Shown in pieces: positions 9,325 through 17,719 of a stretch of 33,372 bases of DNA (positions within the stretch are counted from its first letter, which is position 1; every line of letters begins with the position of its first letter). A program made the position numbers and the translations under genes. Origin of the DNA: a bacterium (GTDB lineage: Bacteria > Aerophobota > Aerophobia > Aerophobales > AE-B3A); assembly GCA_046758525.1 (NCBI GenBank), contig JBHIAL010000002.1:1-33372 (forward strand), given 5' to 3'. Under the pieces are notes generated by a model. The model did not search any database and was not told the origin of the DNA. It saw only the letters and a list, made by a program, of their open reading frames with translations.

Positions 9325-9352
9325 ATTGTATAACTCTGCTCCAACCTGTCAA
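9325..9352 (-). promoter_or_regulatory. Putative sigma70-type promoter for thiE
   Basis: On the minus strand: TTGACA (9352-9347), 16-nt spacer, TACAAT (9330-9325). This implies a ~250-nt leader. Confidence 0.35.
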
Positions 9353-9461
9353 TTAATGTGCCAATCCAAATGATGCTTGAGACGACTCTTGGCATGCTTT
9401 TCTTTCCAAGTCTTTATTCGTTTCTTTCATCTTAACCTCACTCAGTAATTGGGGATAGAGT

Positions 9462-9511
9462 TTGACTCGCTCAGACACGAAATTGACGTAGAGTCAAGTA
9501 TATGCTAGGAT
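9462..9511 (+). promoter_or_regulatory. Putative promoter with an overlapping inverted repeat (possible operator) for the 9575 operon
   Basis: TTGACG (9483-9488), 17 nt, TAGGAT (9506-9511). The inverted repeat TTGACTC (9462-9468) / GAGTCAA (9491-9497) flanks the -35. Confidence 0.25.
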
Positions 9512-9574
9512 AATTCTAGAGCAGTTTCGGAACAAGGTTATGGCTCTTTAATTAGCTTAAGGAGGTAAAAAGAT

Positions 9575-10489
9575 ATGATCTTTCCAAAAATATCCATCGG
9601 TAGCTGGGCTTATGCCATCGGGCCCTATGCTGATCACCCGGTAGAACTTGAAGAGGTGGCTCGCCAGTTGGCAGCTCTTAAATTTGATGGAGTTGAATTA
9701 GGCGGATTCAAACCCCATGCGCATCCTGATCTCTATCCCGACAAAAAGAGGAGACGAGGACTAATGGAGATGTTAGAATCAAAGGGACTGGAAGTTCCCG
9801 CCTATGCCGCTGATCTTTGGTCCCTTCCCTTTGCCGAGGGCGATCCCAAAGTGGTCAAACAGTACGAGGAGATGTTTGATCGGAGCCTGGAGTTTTGTGT
9901 AGATTGCGGGATCAAAGCTATTCGGGTAGATACCGTCAGTCACACTCCTTTCCCGCAATATCTTGATTACCAGGCTACCTGGGATAGAGTAGTTAATATG
10001 TTCAGAAGCTGTGCCGACAAGGCTGCCGAGGTCCATACACTGATGGTCTGGGAATTTGAACCAGGTTTTATCTTCAATAAGCCCCATGAGGTCATGAGAC
10101 TATTCAATGAAGTTGATCGGCCAAATTTTAAGTTTCTCTTTGATAGTTGCCATGCTCATATGTGCTCGGCAGTAGCAGCTAAACAGACACCTCCATTAGA
10201 TAAGCTCTCCGGTGGTGAAATGGAGTTTGCCCGTCTATTAAAGGGCAAAATTGGACACGTCCACTTAATAGACTCTGACAATACCCTTCACGACAACGAG
10301 ACCAGTACCCATGCACCTTTTGGTAAAGGGGTACTGAACTTTGAGGCTCTTCTGCCAGCTCTGGTTGAGGCTGGTTACGATTCCGAGTGGTGGTCTATTG
10401 ATCTTTGCTTTTGGCCAAACGCCTGGGAGATTACGGCCCACTGCAAAAGATACCTGGATAACCTTTTTATAAAGCTCAAATGGAAATAA
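9575..10489 (+). CDS. Sugar phosphate isomerase/epimerase (xylose-isomerase-like TIM barrel)
   Basis: FDGVEL, IRVD, WEFEPG, DSCHAH and HVHLIDSD segments fit the AP-endonuclease-2/xylose-isomerase-like TIM-barrel metal-site pattern. Strong SD (AAGGAGG). Confidence 0.75.
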   Translation: MIFPKISIGSWAYAIGPYADHPVELEEVARQLAALKFDGVELGGFKPHAHPDLYPDKKRRRGLMEMLESKGLEVPAYAADLWSLPFAEGDPKVVKQYEEMFDRSLEFCVDCGIKAIRVDTVSHTPFPQYLDYQATWDRVVNMFRSCADKAAEVHTLMVWEFEPGFIFNKPHEVMRLFNEVDRPNFKFLFDSCHAHMCSAVAAKQTPPLDKLSGGEMEFARLLKGKIGHVHLIDSDNTLHDNETSTHAPFGKGVLNFEALLPALVEAGYDSEWWSIDLCFWPNAWEITAHCKRYLDNLFIKLKWK

Positions 10490-10511
10490 ATCCTTTAAGA
10501 GGTGATACCTC

Positions 10512-11588
10512 ATGGCTAAAATGATGAAAGCGCAGGTTTTTTATGAAGCCAAAAAAATGGTACTTGAAGAAATCCCGGTTCCTGAAGTTACCGAAACCGA
10601 CGTACTGGTAAAGGTCAAAAATGTAGGGATATGCGGCTCGGATATATCTTACTATTACGGTCTCAGTCCGGTGGATACCCCTACGGGAAAAGGGCCACTA
10701 GTTTTGGGTCATGAATTCACCGGAGAAATCGTCAAGGTGGGGAAAATTCCGGCCAAACTGGGTCTCTTTGCAGAGGGAGACCGAGTAGTCGTCAATCCGG
10801 TTCAGAATTGTAATGCCTGTTACGCCTGTGCTGCCGGCCAAACGCATCTGTGTGAAAACATAAGCGTTCCTGGCGTTAGTAGGAACGGCGGCTTTGCTGA
10901 ATACTGCGTCTCAAAGTACACCGGTCTCTTCAAATTACCTGACAATGTGAGCTATGCTGCAGGGGCTTTTACCGAACCTCTAGCCTGTGTGGTGTATGGC
11001 ATGAGGAAATTAGACATTAAACCAGGTCAGTTCGTTGCCATTTTTGGTCCTGGCCCGATGGGACAGATGATGGTCCAAATGGCAAAATCTATTGGCGCAG
11101 GAAAAGTTGGACTGATTGGTACCAGAGACTATCGTCTGCAAATTGGCCAGAAATTCGGAGCAGATCACATATTCAACACAAGAGACAAAAAGTCAAGATA
11201 CTACGTAGAAACCCTTAAGGAAGCAATCCTACGGATAACCAACGGCAAGCTCGTTGAAAGAGCAATCGTTCCTACAAGTTCCAATGAAGCCTTTGAGGAA
11301 GCAGTTGAAATTACAGGGAATTCCTCAATAATCGTACATTTTGGCCTGCCCAATGAAGACGACGTTATCCGTATTCCTGCCCTTAGCTTCCACACTATGG
11401 ACAAAGAGATTAGGTCATCATGGCTTGCACCACTGTCCTGGCCCACTGCAATTCGTTCAATAGCCGAAGGACTGGTAAATGTTGAGGCCATGGTTACCCA
11501 CACCTATCCCTTAGAAGAGACCGAAAAGGCTATAGTGAACTTGCGTAATAGAGTTGATAATCCTATGAAAGTTCAAATTATTCCATAA
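10512..11588 (+). CDS. Zn-dependent MDR alcohol/polyol dehydrogenase (sorbitol/threonine dehydrogenase-like)
   Basis: Catalytic Zn ligands GICGSD and GHEFTGE, structural Zn cluster CNACYACAAGQTHLC, Rossmann motif GPGPMG. Confidence 0.85.
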   Translation: MAKMMKAQVFYEAKKMVLEEIPVPEVTETDVLVKVKNVGICGSDISYYYGLSPVDTPTGKGPLVLGHEFTGEIVKVGKIPAKLGLFAEGDRVVVNPVQNCNACYACAAGQTHLCENISVPGVSRNGGFAEYCVSKYTGLFKLPDNVSYAAGAFTEPLACVVYGMRKLDIKPGQFVAIFGPGPMGQMMVQMAKSIGAGKVGLIGTRDYRLQIGQKFGADHIFNTRDKKSRYYVETLKEAILRITNGKLVERAIVPTSSNEAFEEAVEITGNSSIIVHFGLPNEDDVIRIPALSFHTMDKEIRSSWLAPLSWPTAIRSIAEGLVNVEAMVTHTYPLEETEKAIVNLRNRVDNPMKVQIIP

Positions 11589-11601
11589 GATCTCGAACTA
11601 A

Positions 11602-11751
11602 AGAAACTCGACTACGAGTGGTATCGATACCAAACTGCGGGATGTTGGCTCTTTAATTACTCACAGATTTTCTCTGGATGACGTTCTGGCAGGACTGAAA
11701 ACCATCAGACAACGCGAGGATAGTGCTATAAAGGGTCTGGTAATTCTGTAA
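11602..11751 (+). pseudogene. C-terminal stump (~49 codons) of a second MDR dehydrogenase
   Basis: My own translation gives RNSTTSGIDTKLRDVGSLITHRFSLDDVLAGLKTIRQREDSAIKGLVIL*. The LITHRF-L-D...A......KV-type ending is the typical MDR C-terminus. There is no start codon and no upstream body. Confidence 0.55.
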
Positions 11752-11804
11752 AAAGAGTGGTAGCTTCAATAAACCTTTAAAAAAGCTTCTCAGTTTTTCC
11801 TCGT

Positions 11805-12743
11805 TCACCAACTTGACGGCCTTTTAACTTTATTCATCCGTAGTTCATGAGAGCCATCTTTTCGAGCATATTCGTAATAATAATAAATGTAATCATTTAC
11901 CATGATGGTATCCACGTATCTAAGTGAGCCGGACCCGTAAGGCGATGCAAACACCGGGCCATTTTGACTTACCCTCTGATAGCTTCTTAGATCGAAACTG
12001 ATGGCTAGGCCTGCTTTTTCCTCACAGGATGACCTCATGTTTTCCCCGCCATCGTAGAAGACATGGAAAAGGGGTGGAATATAGAGAATAGAGGTAATTC
12101 TTGAGATCCCTGTATCCCATCCAGTACCATGGGGAAATATATCACCTTGCCAAAGAAAATTAACCCCATCAGCACTTAAAGCTAAACCAGTGTAGGAACT
12201 TTGCCACTCGGCTGGATGGTAACTCACAAACATATGATATAATCTTCCTGCTACCATCACGTAAGGGTCCTTCACATGACCAATGGATTTATCTGGAGGT
12301 TCCAAGACTTTTACCCGTTTTTCAGGATCAAACTCATGGGGTGAGCCTGCCTCCAACATATCGATTTTCCATTTTCCGATAAGAGTATCCTCGAAACTAA
12401 TGTAGAGTCTGTATTTACCTTCCAGGCTTTTGACCAGTGCACCCCGCTCTAAAGAGGCTGCTTTATAGTCTTGTTTGGTAGATGACCAGATATCTCGGAA
12501 ATAAAGGCCGTCAGAGCTTTCAGCAATGTAGCATTCGAAACCCCTTTCCTTTGGATCACCCACTCGACGCGGATTTCTCAATCTGTAGTAAAGGTAAAAT
12601 CTATCCAGCTCCGTATCGAAGATAATACTTTCTCCACCCACCCAGTAGCCAGGACCACTTCCGGGAGGTTCTAAAATCGTCTTTCCCTCTTCTGGGTCAA
12701 AGAGGGGTAATATGCCTATCCATCTCTTTTCCTCCCCCTTCAT
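11805..12743 (-). CDS. Cytoplasmic beta-propeller protein, glycoside-hydrolase-like (arabinanase/levansucrase/invertase-type fold suspected)
   Basis: Repeated blade-like segments (SSDGLYF, VKDPYVMV..LYHMFVSY, LSADGVNF, FHVFYDGG, YYYYEY). No signal peptide. It is the last gene of the ABC importer operon. Confidence 0.45.
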   Translation of the reverse strand: MKGEEKRWIGILPLFDPEEGKTILEPPGSGPGYWVGGESIIFDTELDRFYLYYRLRNPRRVGDPKERGFECYIAESSDGLYFRDIWSSTKQDYKAASLERGALVKSLEGKYRLYISFEDTLIGKWKIDMLEAGSPHEFDPEKRVKVLEPPDKSIGHVKDPYVMVAGRLYHMFVSYHPAEWQSSYTGLALSADGVNFLWQGDIFPHGTGWDTGISRITSILYIPPLFHVFYDGGENMRSSCEEKAGLAISFDLRSYQRVSQNGPVFASPYGSGSLRYVDTIMVNDYIYYYYEYARKDGSHELRMNKVKRPSSW

Positions 12744-12847
12744 CTTAGTTCCCCCCTTCTTAAAGTGAAAAAATATCTTACTTTTGGTAGTTTTAAGCTG
12801 TTAATAGAATTTATCATCTGGCTCATTTGGCTTTAGAGTAATCCATC

Positions 12848-13678
12848 CTATCCTTTTATAGCTCCACCAGCCAAGCCCTGGACCAATTGTTTTTCAATCA
12901 AAATAAACAAAACTATCACCGGAATTATTGCCAAAAGAGATGATGCCATAAGATACTGCCATTGGGTTTCCCAGCGCCCAACAAAATTATAAAGACCCAG
13001 GGTTAAAGGTCTTTTTTCCGTAGAATTTATCAGGGTTAAAGCAAACATAAATTCATTCCAGGAGGCAATAAAGGTGTAAATGAGAGTGGTTACTACTCCA
13101 GGCATAGCAATGGGGAGAGTAACGTAGGCTATGGTTCTTAAACGGCTGCAGCCATCAATGAGGGCAGCTTCCTCTATTTCCATGGGAATGGTACTGAAAT
13201 ATCCATTTAGCATCCAGATAGCAAAGGCCAGAGTAAATACCGCGTTGACAATGATGAGAGCGGAGAGAGTATCGTGCAGGCCAAGGCCAGCAATTATCTT
13301 AAACAGAGAAATCACCACGATAATGGGGGAAAACATTTGAACCACCAGGAACAAAAATAGTAGAAATTTTCGCCCGGCAAATCTCAATCGGGCCACGGCA
13401 TAAGCAGCCGGTACACACAGGATCACATTGAGAAGGGTGGAGCCAGAAGCAACAATGAAGCTGTTGACAAAATACTGTGCCAGGGGATATCTTCTCCAGA
13501 CATAGGTAAAATTCTGCCACCATAATTGATGGGGTATCCAATGGGGCGGAGAGACATAGACCTCTTCCAGAGGCTTAAAAGCAGTGGATAGCATTACAAA
13601 AAAGGGGAAAAGCAAAACTGCCAGTATCCCAGCAGTTAGAACGTAAACTATAATTTTAGCAGTATTTTTCCCCTTCAT
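12848..13678 (-). CDS. Carbohydrate ABC transporter permease (MalG-like, CUT1)
   Basis: Six TM helices, EAA loop IEEAALIDGCSRLRTIAYVTLP, C-terminal GGAIKG. Confidence 0.9.
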   Translation of the reverse strand: MKGKNTAKIIVYVLTAGILAVLLFPFFVMLSTAFKPLEEVYVSPPHWIPHQLWWQNFTYVWRRYPLAQYFVNSFIVASGSTLLNVILCVPAAYAVARLRFAGRKFLLFLFLVVQMFSPIIVVISLFKIIAGLGLHDTLSALIIVNAVFTLAFAIWMLNGYFSTIPMEIEEAALIDGCSRLRTIAYVTLPIAMPGVVTTLIYTFIASWNEFMFALTLINSTEKRPLTLGLYNFVGRWETQWQYLMASSLLAIIPVIVLFILIEKQLVQGLAGGAIKG

Positions 13679-13681
13679 AGT

Positions 13682-14596
13682 TTACCTTTCACCTTTAAAG
13701 TAAAACCAGGCATAGGCTAAACTTAGGACCAGAAGGATGGCGAAGGTGACTATAGCCATGGCAGCCGCAGGCCCGAATTTTAGAAATTTAAAACCATACT
13801 TATAAATGAAGGTAATGAGAATATCGGTGGAATTCGCTGGTCCCCCTTTAGTCAGGATGTAAATGACGTTAAAGTCGTTGAAAGTCCATAGGGCTGAAAG
13901 TAGAGTAGCGATAAGTATAACCGGCTTCAACAAAGGTAAGGTGATGTGATAAAACTTTTTCCAGAGAGTTGCTCCATCTACCTCTGCTGATTCATAGAGG
14001 TTTAGGGGAATACTTTGCAGACCGGCGAGAAAAACCAAGGCCATAAAGGGGATGCCGATCCAGATATCTACGTAGAGGTTGGCAAAAAAAGCAGGAAGAG
14101 GATATCCCAGCCAATGAGGAGGATTCCTCCAGATACCAGTAGCTTTTAAAGTATAATTGAGAAGTCCAAAATCACTATTAAATGTCCATTGCCAGAGCAT
14201 GGCACTTATAGGGACTGAAGATGCCCAGGGAATGATGACCAAGGTACGAGCTAACTTTCTTCCTTTAAAATCAACGTTCAACAATAAAGCGATGATAACC
14301 CCGGCCAGGGTCTTGGCTGAGACAGCAAGGACGGTCCAGATAACCGATCGAATCGTTACTTGCCAGAATTCTGGATTTTTAAACAAAGTTTCAAAGTTGC
14401 CCGTCCCGATAAATCTGACCAGATTCCCGATCCTATTGGTTTTGTAGGAAGACATCAAGAAGACGTATACAATCGGATAGAACATAAAGGCGACGAGAAT
14501 GGTGATAGCAGGAAGGAGAAAGAGATAGGCCAGCCTTGATTCTGTACTCCAGAAGCTGCTTTTTATCTTAGGATGGGAAGTTGCAAATCTAATCAT
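13682..14596 (-). CDS. Carbohydrate ABC transporter permease (MalF-like, CUT1)
   Basis: EAA loop YESAEVDGATLWKKFYHITLP. I place the start at the ATG at 14596, because the GTG at 14644 in the ORF track lies inside the 18-bp hairpin. Confidence 0.85.
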   Translation of the reverse strand: MIRFATSHPKIKSSFWSTESRLAYLFLLPAITILVAFMFYPIVYVFLMSSYKTNRIGNLVRFIGTGNFETLFKNPEFWQVTIRSVIWTVLAVSAKTLAGVIIALLLNVDFKGRKLARTLVIIPWASSVPISAMLWQWTFNSDFGLLNYTLKATGIWRNPPHWLGYPLPAFFANLYVDIWIGIPFMALVFLAGLQSIPLNLYESAEVDGATLWKKFYHITLPLLKPVILIATLLSALWTFNDFNVIYILTKGGPANSTDILITFIYKYGFKFLKFGPAAAMAIVTFAILLVLSLAYAWFYFKGER

Positions 14597-14608
14597 AACT
14601 TGGTTTTG

Positions 14609-14650
14609 GGCCAGGTGGTCCAGACTCTCGAAAGTCTGGACCACCTGGCC
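14609..14650 (-). promoter_or_regulatory. Intercistronic 18-bp perfect stem-loop between the binding-protein and permease genes
   Basis: GGCCAGGTGGTCCAGACT, 6-nt loop, AGTCTGGACCACCTGGCC. It starts 8 nt after the SBP stop and ends 12 nt before the permease ATG. No U-tract follows. Confidence 0.7.
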
Positions 14651-14657
14651 AACCTAA

Positions 14658-15899
14658 CTACAGTCCTCTGAGGCTATCTATCTTAGCCGCAGCGTCATCC
14701 ATTGCTTGCTGGGGAGTTTTTTGACCGAGGAAGGTAGCTTCAATTTCACTCCAGATAATGTCACTCACTTCAGGCCATTCCGTGATCAACGGCCACGGCT
14801 TGGCACCAGGCATGGAATCGACCATAGTTTTATAGACCGGGGTCTGGAAATACTCCATTTTACCAACCGACTTAGTTATCGGGGGAAAGCCCACTAGCTT
14901 GTCAAACTCGAACCTCCATTGGTCCTGATAGAAGAACTCCAAGAACTTAGCCGCTGCTTCCTTATTTTTCGAGGCATTAAACATCATAATGGAGTCGGTA
15001 ATGAAGAGAGCGTGTCGTGATTTCCCTTTGAAATAAGGAATCAATGCAGGAGCCCATTCAAAGGTAACCCCTCTTTGCTTGAGGAGAGACGCTGTGTACC
15101 CTCCAATCAATATGATGCCTATTTTGCCGGCAACGAATAGATCCTGCACGTCTCCTCTCACCTTGGCCGTTACCCCTGGTTCTGTTACCTTGTACTTGTT
15201 TACTAAGTCGTTCATGAACGTTAAAGCTCCTACCCCCGCTTCGTCATTAATCCGACACTTTCCATAGCTCCCATCAGGGTTGATCTCAAAGAAATAACCA
15301 TCATTTCCCAGAAGGTAATAAGCAAACTCGGTAAGCTCAACATACTTTTTCCCGATCATCGCCACCGCATATAAATCTGGAGGATCATGAATTTTTTTTG
15401 CTATCTCTAGCATCTCTTCAAAGGTTTCCGGGGGTCCGGGTATGCCGTGTTTTGTGAAGATATCAGGTCGATAATACATGAACCTCGGGCCAATAGCGAC
15501 TGGTAGACCGTAGAGGACATTTTTGATTCTGGCCTCCATGGCTGCCGACTGAATATTGTTCACCAGGTCTTTACTCAAGTGTTTTTCTATCGGCTCTACC
15601 ACCCCCATGTCGAGAAACTCAAGCAGCCAACGAGTCCCGATAACTGAAAGATCTGGGGGTTTACCTCCGGCAATTGAGGTTAGCAGTTTGTCATGGAGGA
15701 GATTCCAGGGTGTGGAGACAATTTTTAGATCTATATCGGGATTTGCTTCCTCAAAAGCTTTATCCAGGCTCTGTGCATACTCGGGTGTCAATCCATCATA
15801 TTCCGCCCAGAAGATGCTGACAGTTTTCTGGGCATTTACGGCGGTACCCAAAAATAATATAAGCACTGCCGCCATCCCCATTAAACCAACTTTTTTCAT
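14658..15899 (-). CDS. Extracellular sugar-binding protein of an ABC importer (family 1 SBP)
   Basis: Signal peptide MKKVGLMGMAAVLILFLGTAVNA and typical SBP_bac_1-like composition. First gene of the operon. Confidence 0.9.
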   Translation of the reverse strand: MKKVGLMGMAAVLILFLGTAVNAQKTVSIFWAEYDGLTPEYAQSLDKAFEEANPDIDLKIVSTPWNLLHDKLLTSIAGGKPPDLSVIGTRWLLEFLDMGVVEPIEKHLSKDLVNNIQSAAMEARIKNVLYGLPVAIGPRFMYYRPDIFTKHGIPGPPETFEEMLEIAKKIHDPPDLYAVAMIGKKYVELTEFAYYLLGNDGYFFEINPDGSYGKCRINDEAGVGALTFMNDLVNKYKVTEPGVTAKVRGDVQDLFVAGKIGIILIGGYTASLLKQRGVTFEWAPALIPYFKGKSRHALFITDSIMMFNASKNKEAAAKFLEFFYQDQWRFEFDKLVGFPPITKSVGKMEYFQTPVYKTMVDSMPGAKPWPLITEWPEVSDIIWSEIEATFLGQKTPQQAMDDAAAKIDSLRGL

Positions 15900-15999
15900 T
15901 TTCTTCCTCCTTTTTCAATCACCTAAAAAATACCTGCCTTTTACCTCATCCACCACCTCCTTCCTCTATTTTATTCAAGTAAAGCCCTTTTCAGTTATT

Positions 16000-16028
16000 A
16001 TATTATTATAAAAGGGATTCCCTGTCAA
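16000..16028 (-). promoter_or_regulatory. Putative sigma70-type promoter of the leftward ABC operon
   Basis: On the minus strand: TTGACA (16028-16023), 17 nt, TAATAT (16005-16000), about 95 nt upstream of the SBP start. Confidence 0.3.
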
Positions 16029-16034
16029 CTTCTC

Positions 16035-16345
16035 TTTTTTTAGGAAATTGGGGGGCTGGGGTCGAGGCATCGGTTAGATGAAATGGTTAAGAATTTCACC
16101 TTGATCTCTTCAACCTTCATCTGGTGAGTGATGGTTTTGGCCTCTTGTATTTTGGTCCCCTTTACTGTAAAATTAGTTTCGATACCCAAAAGATGTAAAT
16201 GTTCAGTAAACGCCGTGTCACATTGAATTTTCAGGGTAGCCGCACCCTTTAGGGTGCGCAGGCTAAAGCCTGCGACTACCAAAAATGACAGGGTTCACTG
16301 AATACTTACCAAAAGATTTTGTATTTCTTTTTGCCTGGGTACCCT
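16035..16345 (-). ncRNA. Candidate unclassified structured RNA or mobile-element relic
   Basis: Non-coding stretch holding the three-way junction (16235-16280), a 7-bp stem (16161-16167 / 16204-16210), a 15-bp bulged hairpin (16076-16122) and a C-rich tail. Strand is inferred from a single U.G versus C.A position. Confidence 0.3.
16235..16280 (-). other. 46-nt three-way junction (7-bp closing stem plus two 6-bp tetraloop hairpins)
   Basis: Minus-strand sense: GGTAGTC|GCAGGC-TTTA-GCCTGC|GCACCC-TAAA-GGGTGC|GGCTACC. Every base outside the loops is paired. The one non-WC pair is T.G on the minus strand and C.A on the plus strand. Confidence 0.75.
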
Positions 16346-16487
16346 AAGGCAAGCTCTTGATTTCTTCGAGATAGTCAATGCGGAAAATACCGTGGTTCCT
16401 TTTGATCCTGCTCACCCGACAGCCGTAGGTGTAGATCCGGTGGAGGCCGTGGGTAAATCGAACAATGAGCACTTCCAAGAGGTAAAA
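16344..16487 (-). pseudogene. Possible 3' stump of a lost gene (47 codons, no start)
   Basis: Open frame FYLLEVLIVRFTHGLHRIYTYGCRVSRIKRNHGIFRIDYLEEIKSLP* immediately upstream (same sense) of the structured region. I do not recognise the family, and it may simply be non-coding. Confidence 0.2.
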
Positions 16488-16488
16488 A

Positions 16489-17706
16489 ATGGGAAAGAAA
16501 ACCATTATTGTTGTGGCTACTCTGGACACAAAGGGCCAAGAGACCCAATTTGTTAAGGAGGAGATCGAGAACAGGGGCCATAGAGTGGGGGTCATTGATA
16601 CAGGAGTCGTGGGAAAACCTTACTTTGAGGCAGACGTTTCTCGCCAAGAGGTAGCCCAACAGGGAGGGAGACCTCTTTCTGAACTGCTGAAGAATCCAGA
16701 TCGAAAGACGGCTGCGCCCATTATGGCAAAAGGAGCAAAGGCCATTGTAACAAAAATGGTAAGTGAGGGAAAGGCGGACGGGATAATTTCCATGGGAGGA
16801 ACGCAAGGGACAACGTTGGCCACGGAAGTGATGAGGGCTCTCCCGGTGGGATTCCCTAAGGTAATGGTCTCAACCGTCGCCTCAGGGAACACTGCCCCCT
16901 TTGTGGATATCAAAGACATTGCCATGCTCTTTCCGGTAGCTGACATTTTGGGACTCAATCCCATAACCAAAAAGATTCTCTCCAATGCTGCTGGAGCTGT
17001 CTGCGGTATGGCAGAGTCCAGGGTGAAGATAGAAATTACCAAACCTTTAGTGGGCATAACGACAGTGGGTATTACCACGCAAGCAGCAATGAAGGCTAAA
17101 CAGACGCTTGAGGAAGCTGGCTATGAGACCATAGTCTTTCACGCGGTGGGTACGGGGGGAAGAGCCATGGAAGATTTGATGAAGCAGGGACTGATAAAAG
17201 CGGTGCTTGATATCGCTACGATTGAGGTTACCAATGAGATGTACGATGCACTTCTTGCTGCAGGCCCACAGAGGCTGACCACTGCGGGGAGGCTTGGTCT
17301 TCCTCAGGTTATTGCCCCGGGAGCGATCGCGATCCTTGTCTATGGGACTCCGGATACAGTCCCCGAGAAATACAAGGACAGGAAAATGATTGCTCACAGT
17401 CCCAAAATTACCGACCTTCGGATAAATAAGGACGAGCAGGTAGCTGTGGCTCATGAGATTGCCAGACGGCTGAAAGGTGCAAAAGGCCCTGCCGTGTTTA
17501 TGGTTCCTCGGAAGGGGTACGATTCGTATTCCCTAGAAGGCATGGATTTCTGGGAGCCAGAGTCGGATCAGGCCTTTGTTGAGGTGTTAAAGAAAGAGTT
17601 GCCACCAAACATTCCTGTCATTGAAAGGGATCGGGATATAGACGATCCGGAATTTGCTGAGGAGATGGCCCGCACCTTAATAGAACTGATGAGAAAAATA
17701 TACTAA
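16489..17706 (+). CDS. UPF0261 family protein (Tm-1 N-terminal-like ATP-binding domain)
   Basis: MGKKTIIVVATLDTKGQE start, about 405 aa, followed directly by its usual TIM-barrel partner. Confidence 0.75.
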   Translation: MGKKTIIVVATLDTKGQETQFVKEEIENRGHRVGVIDTGVVGKPYFEADVSRQEVAQQGGRPLSELLKNPDRKTAAPIMAKGAKAIVTKMVSEGKADGIISMGGTQGTTLATEVMRALPVGFPKVMVSTVASGNTAPFVDIKDIAMLFPVADILGLNPITKKILSNAAGAVCGMAESRVKIEITKPLVGITTVGITTQAAMKAKQTLEEAGYETIVFHAVGTGGRAMEDLMKQGLIKAVLDIATIEVTNEMYDALLAAGPQRLTTAGRLGLPQVIAPGAIAILVYGTPDTVPEKYKDRKMIAHSPKITDLRINKDEQVAVAHEIARRLKGAKGPAVFMVPRKGYDSYSLEGMDFWEPESDQAFVEVLKKELPPNIPVIERDRDIDDPEFAEEMARTLIELMRKIY

Positions 17707-17719
17707 TAAGGAGGACACA

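Noticed and set aside
9353-9430. 25-codon minus-strand ORF (MKETNKDLERKACQESSQASFGLAH*) with a GAGG 5 nt upstream.
   Set aside because: It lies upstream of the predicted thiE promoter, is hydrophilic and low-complexity, and has no recognisable features. It is likely a chance ORF.
14597-14644. GTG start at 14644 for the MalF-like permease, as in the ORF track.
   Set aside because: The start codon and the first 12 codons lie within the 18-bp perfect hairpin. The ATG at 14596 gives a normal N-terminus.
16131-16226. 31-codon plus-strand ORF (MVLASCILVPFTVKLVSIPKRCKCSVNAVSH*) that looks like a type I toxin antisense to the candidate RNA.
   Set aside because: The hydrophobic-then-basic layout is suggestive. 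However, the SD (GGTGA) sits only ~3 nt from the ATG, and nothing else supports expression. I keep it only as an alternative reading of the locus.
16040-16282. 80-aa minus-strand ORF from the track (MVVAGFSLRTLKGAATLKIQ...).
   Set aside because: It has a TTG start with no SD. Its first 15 codons are the perfectly paired three-way junction, and I recognise no protein family. It is better explained as a chance frame through structured non-coding sequence.
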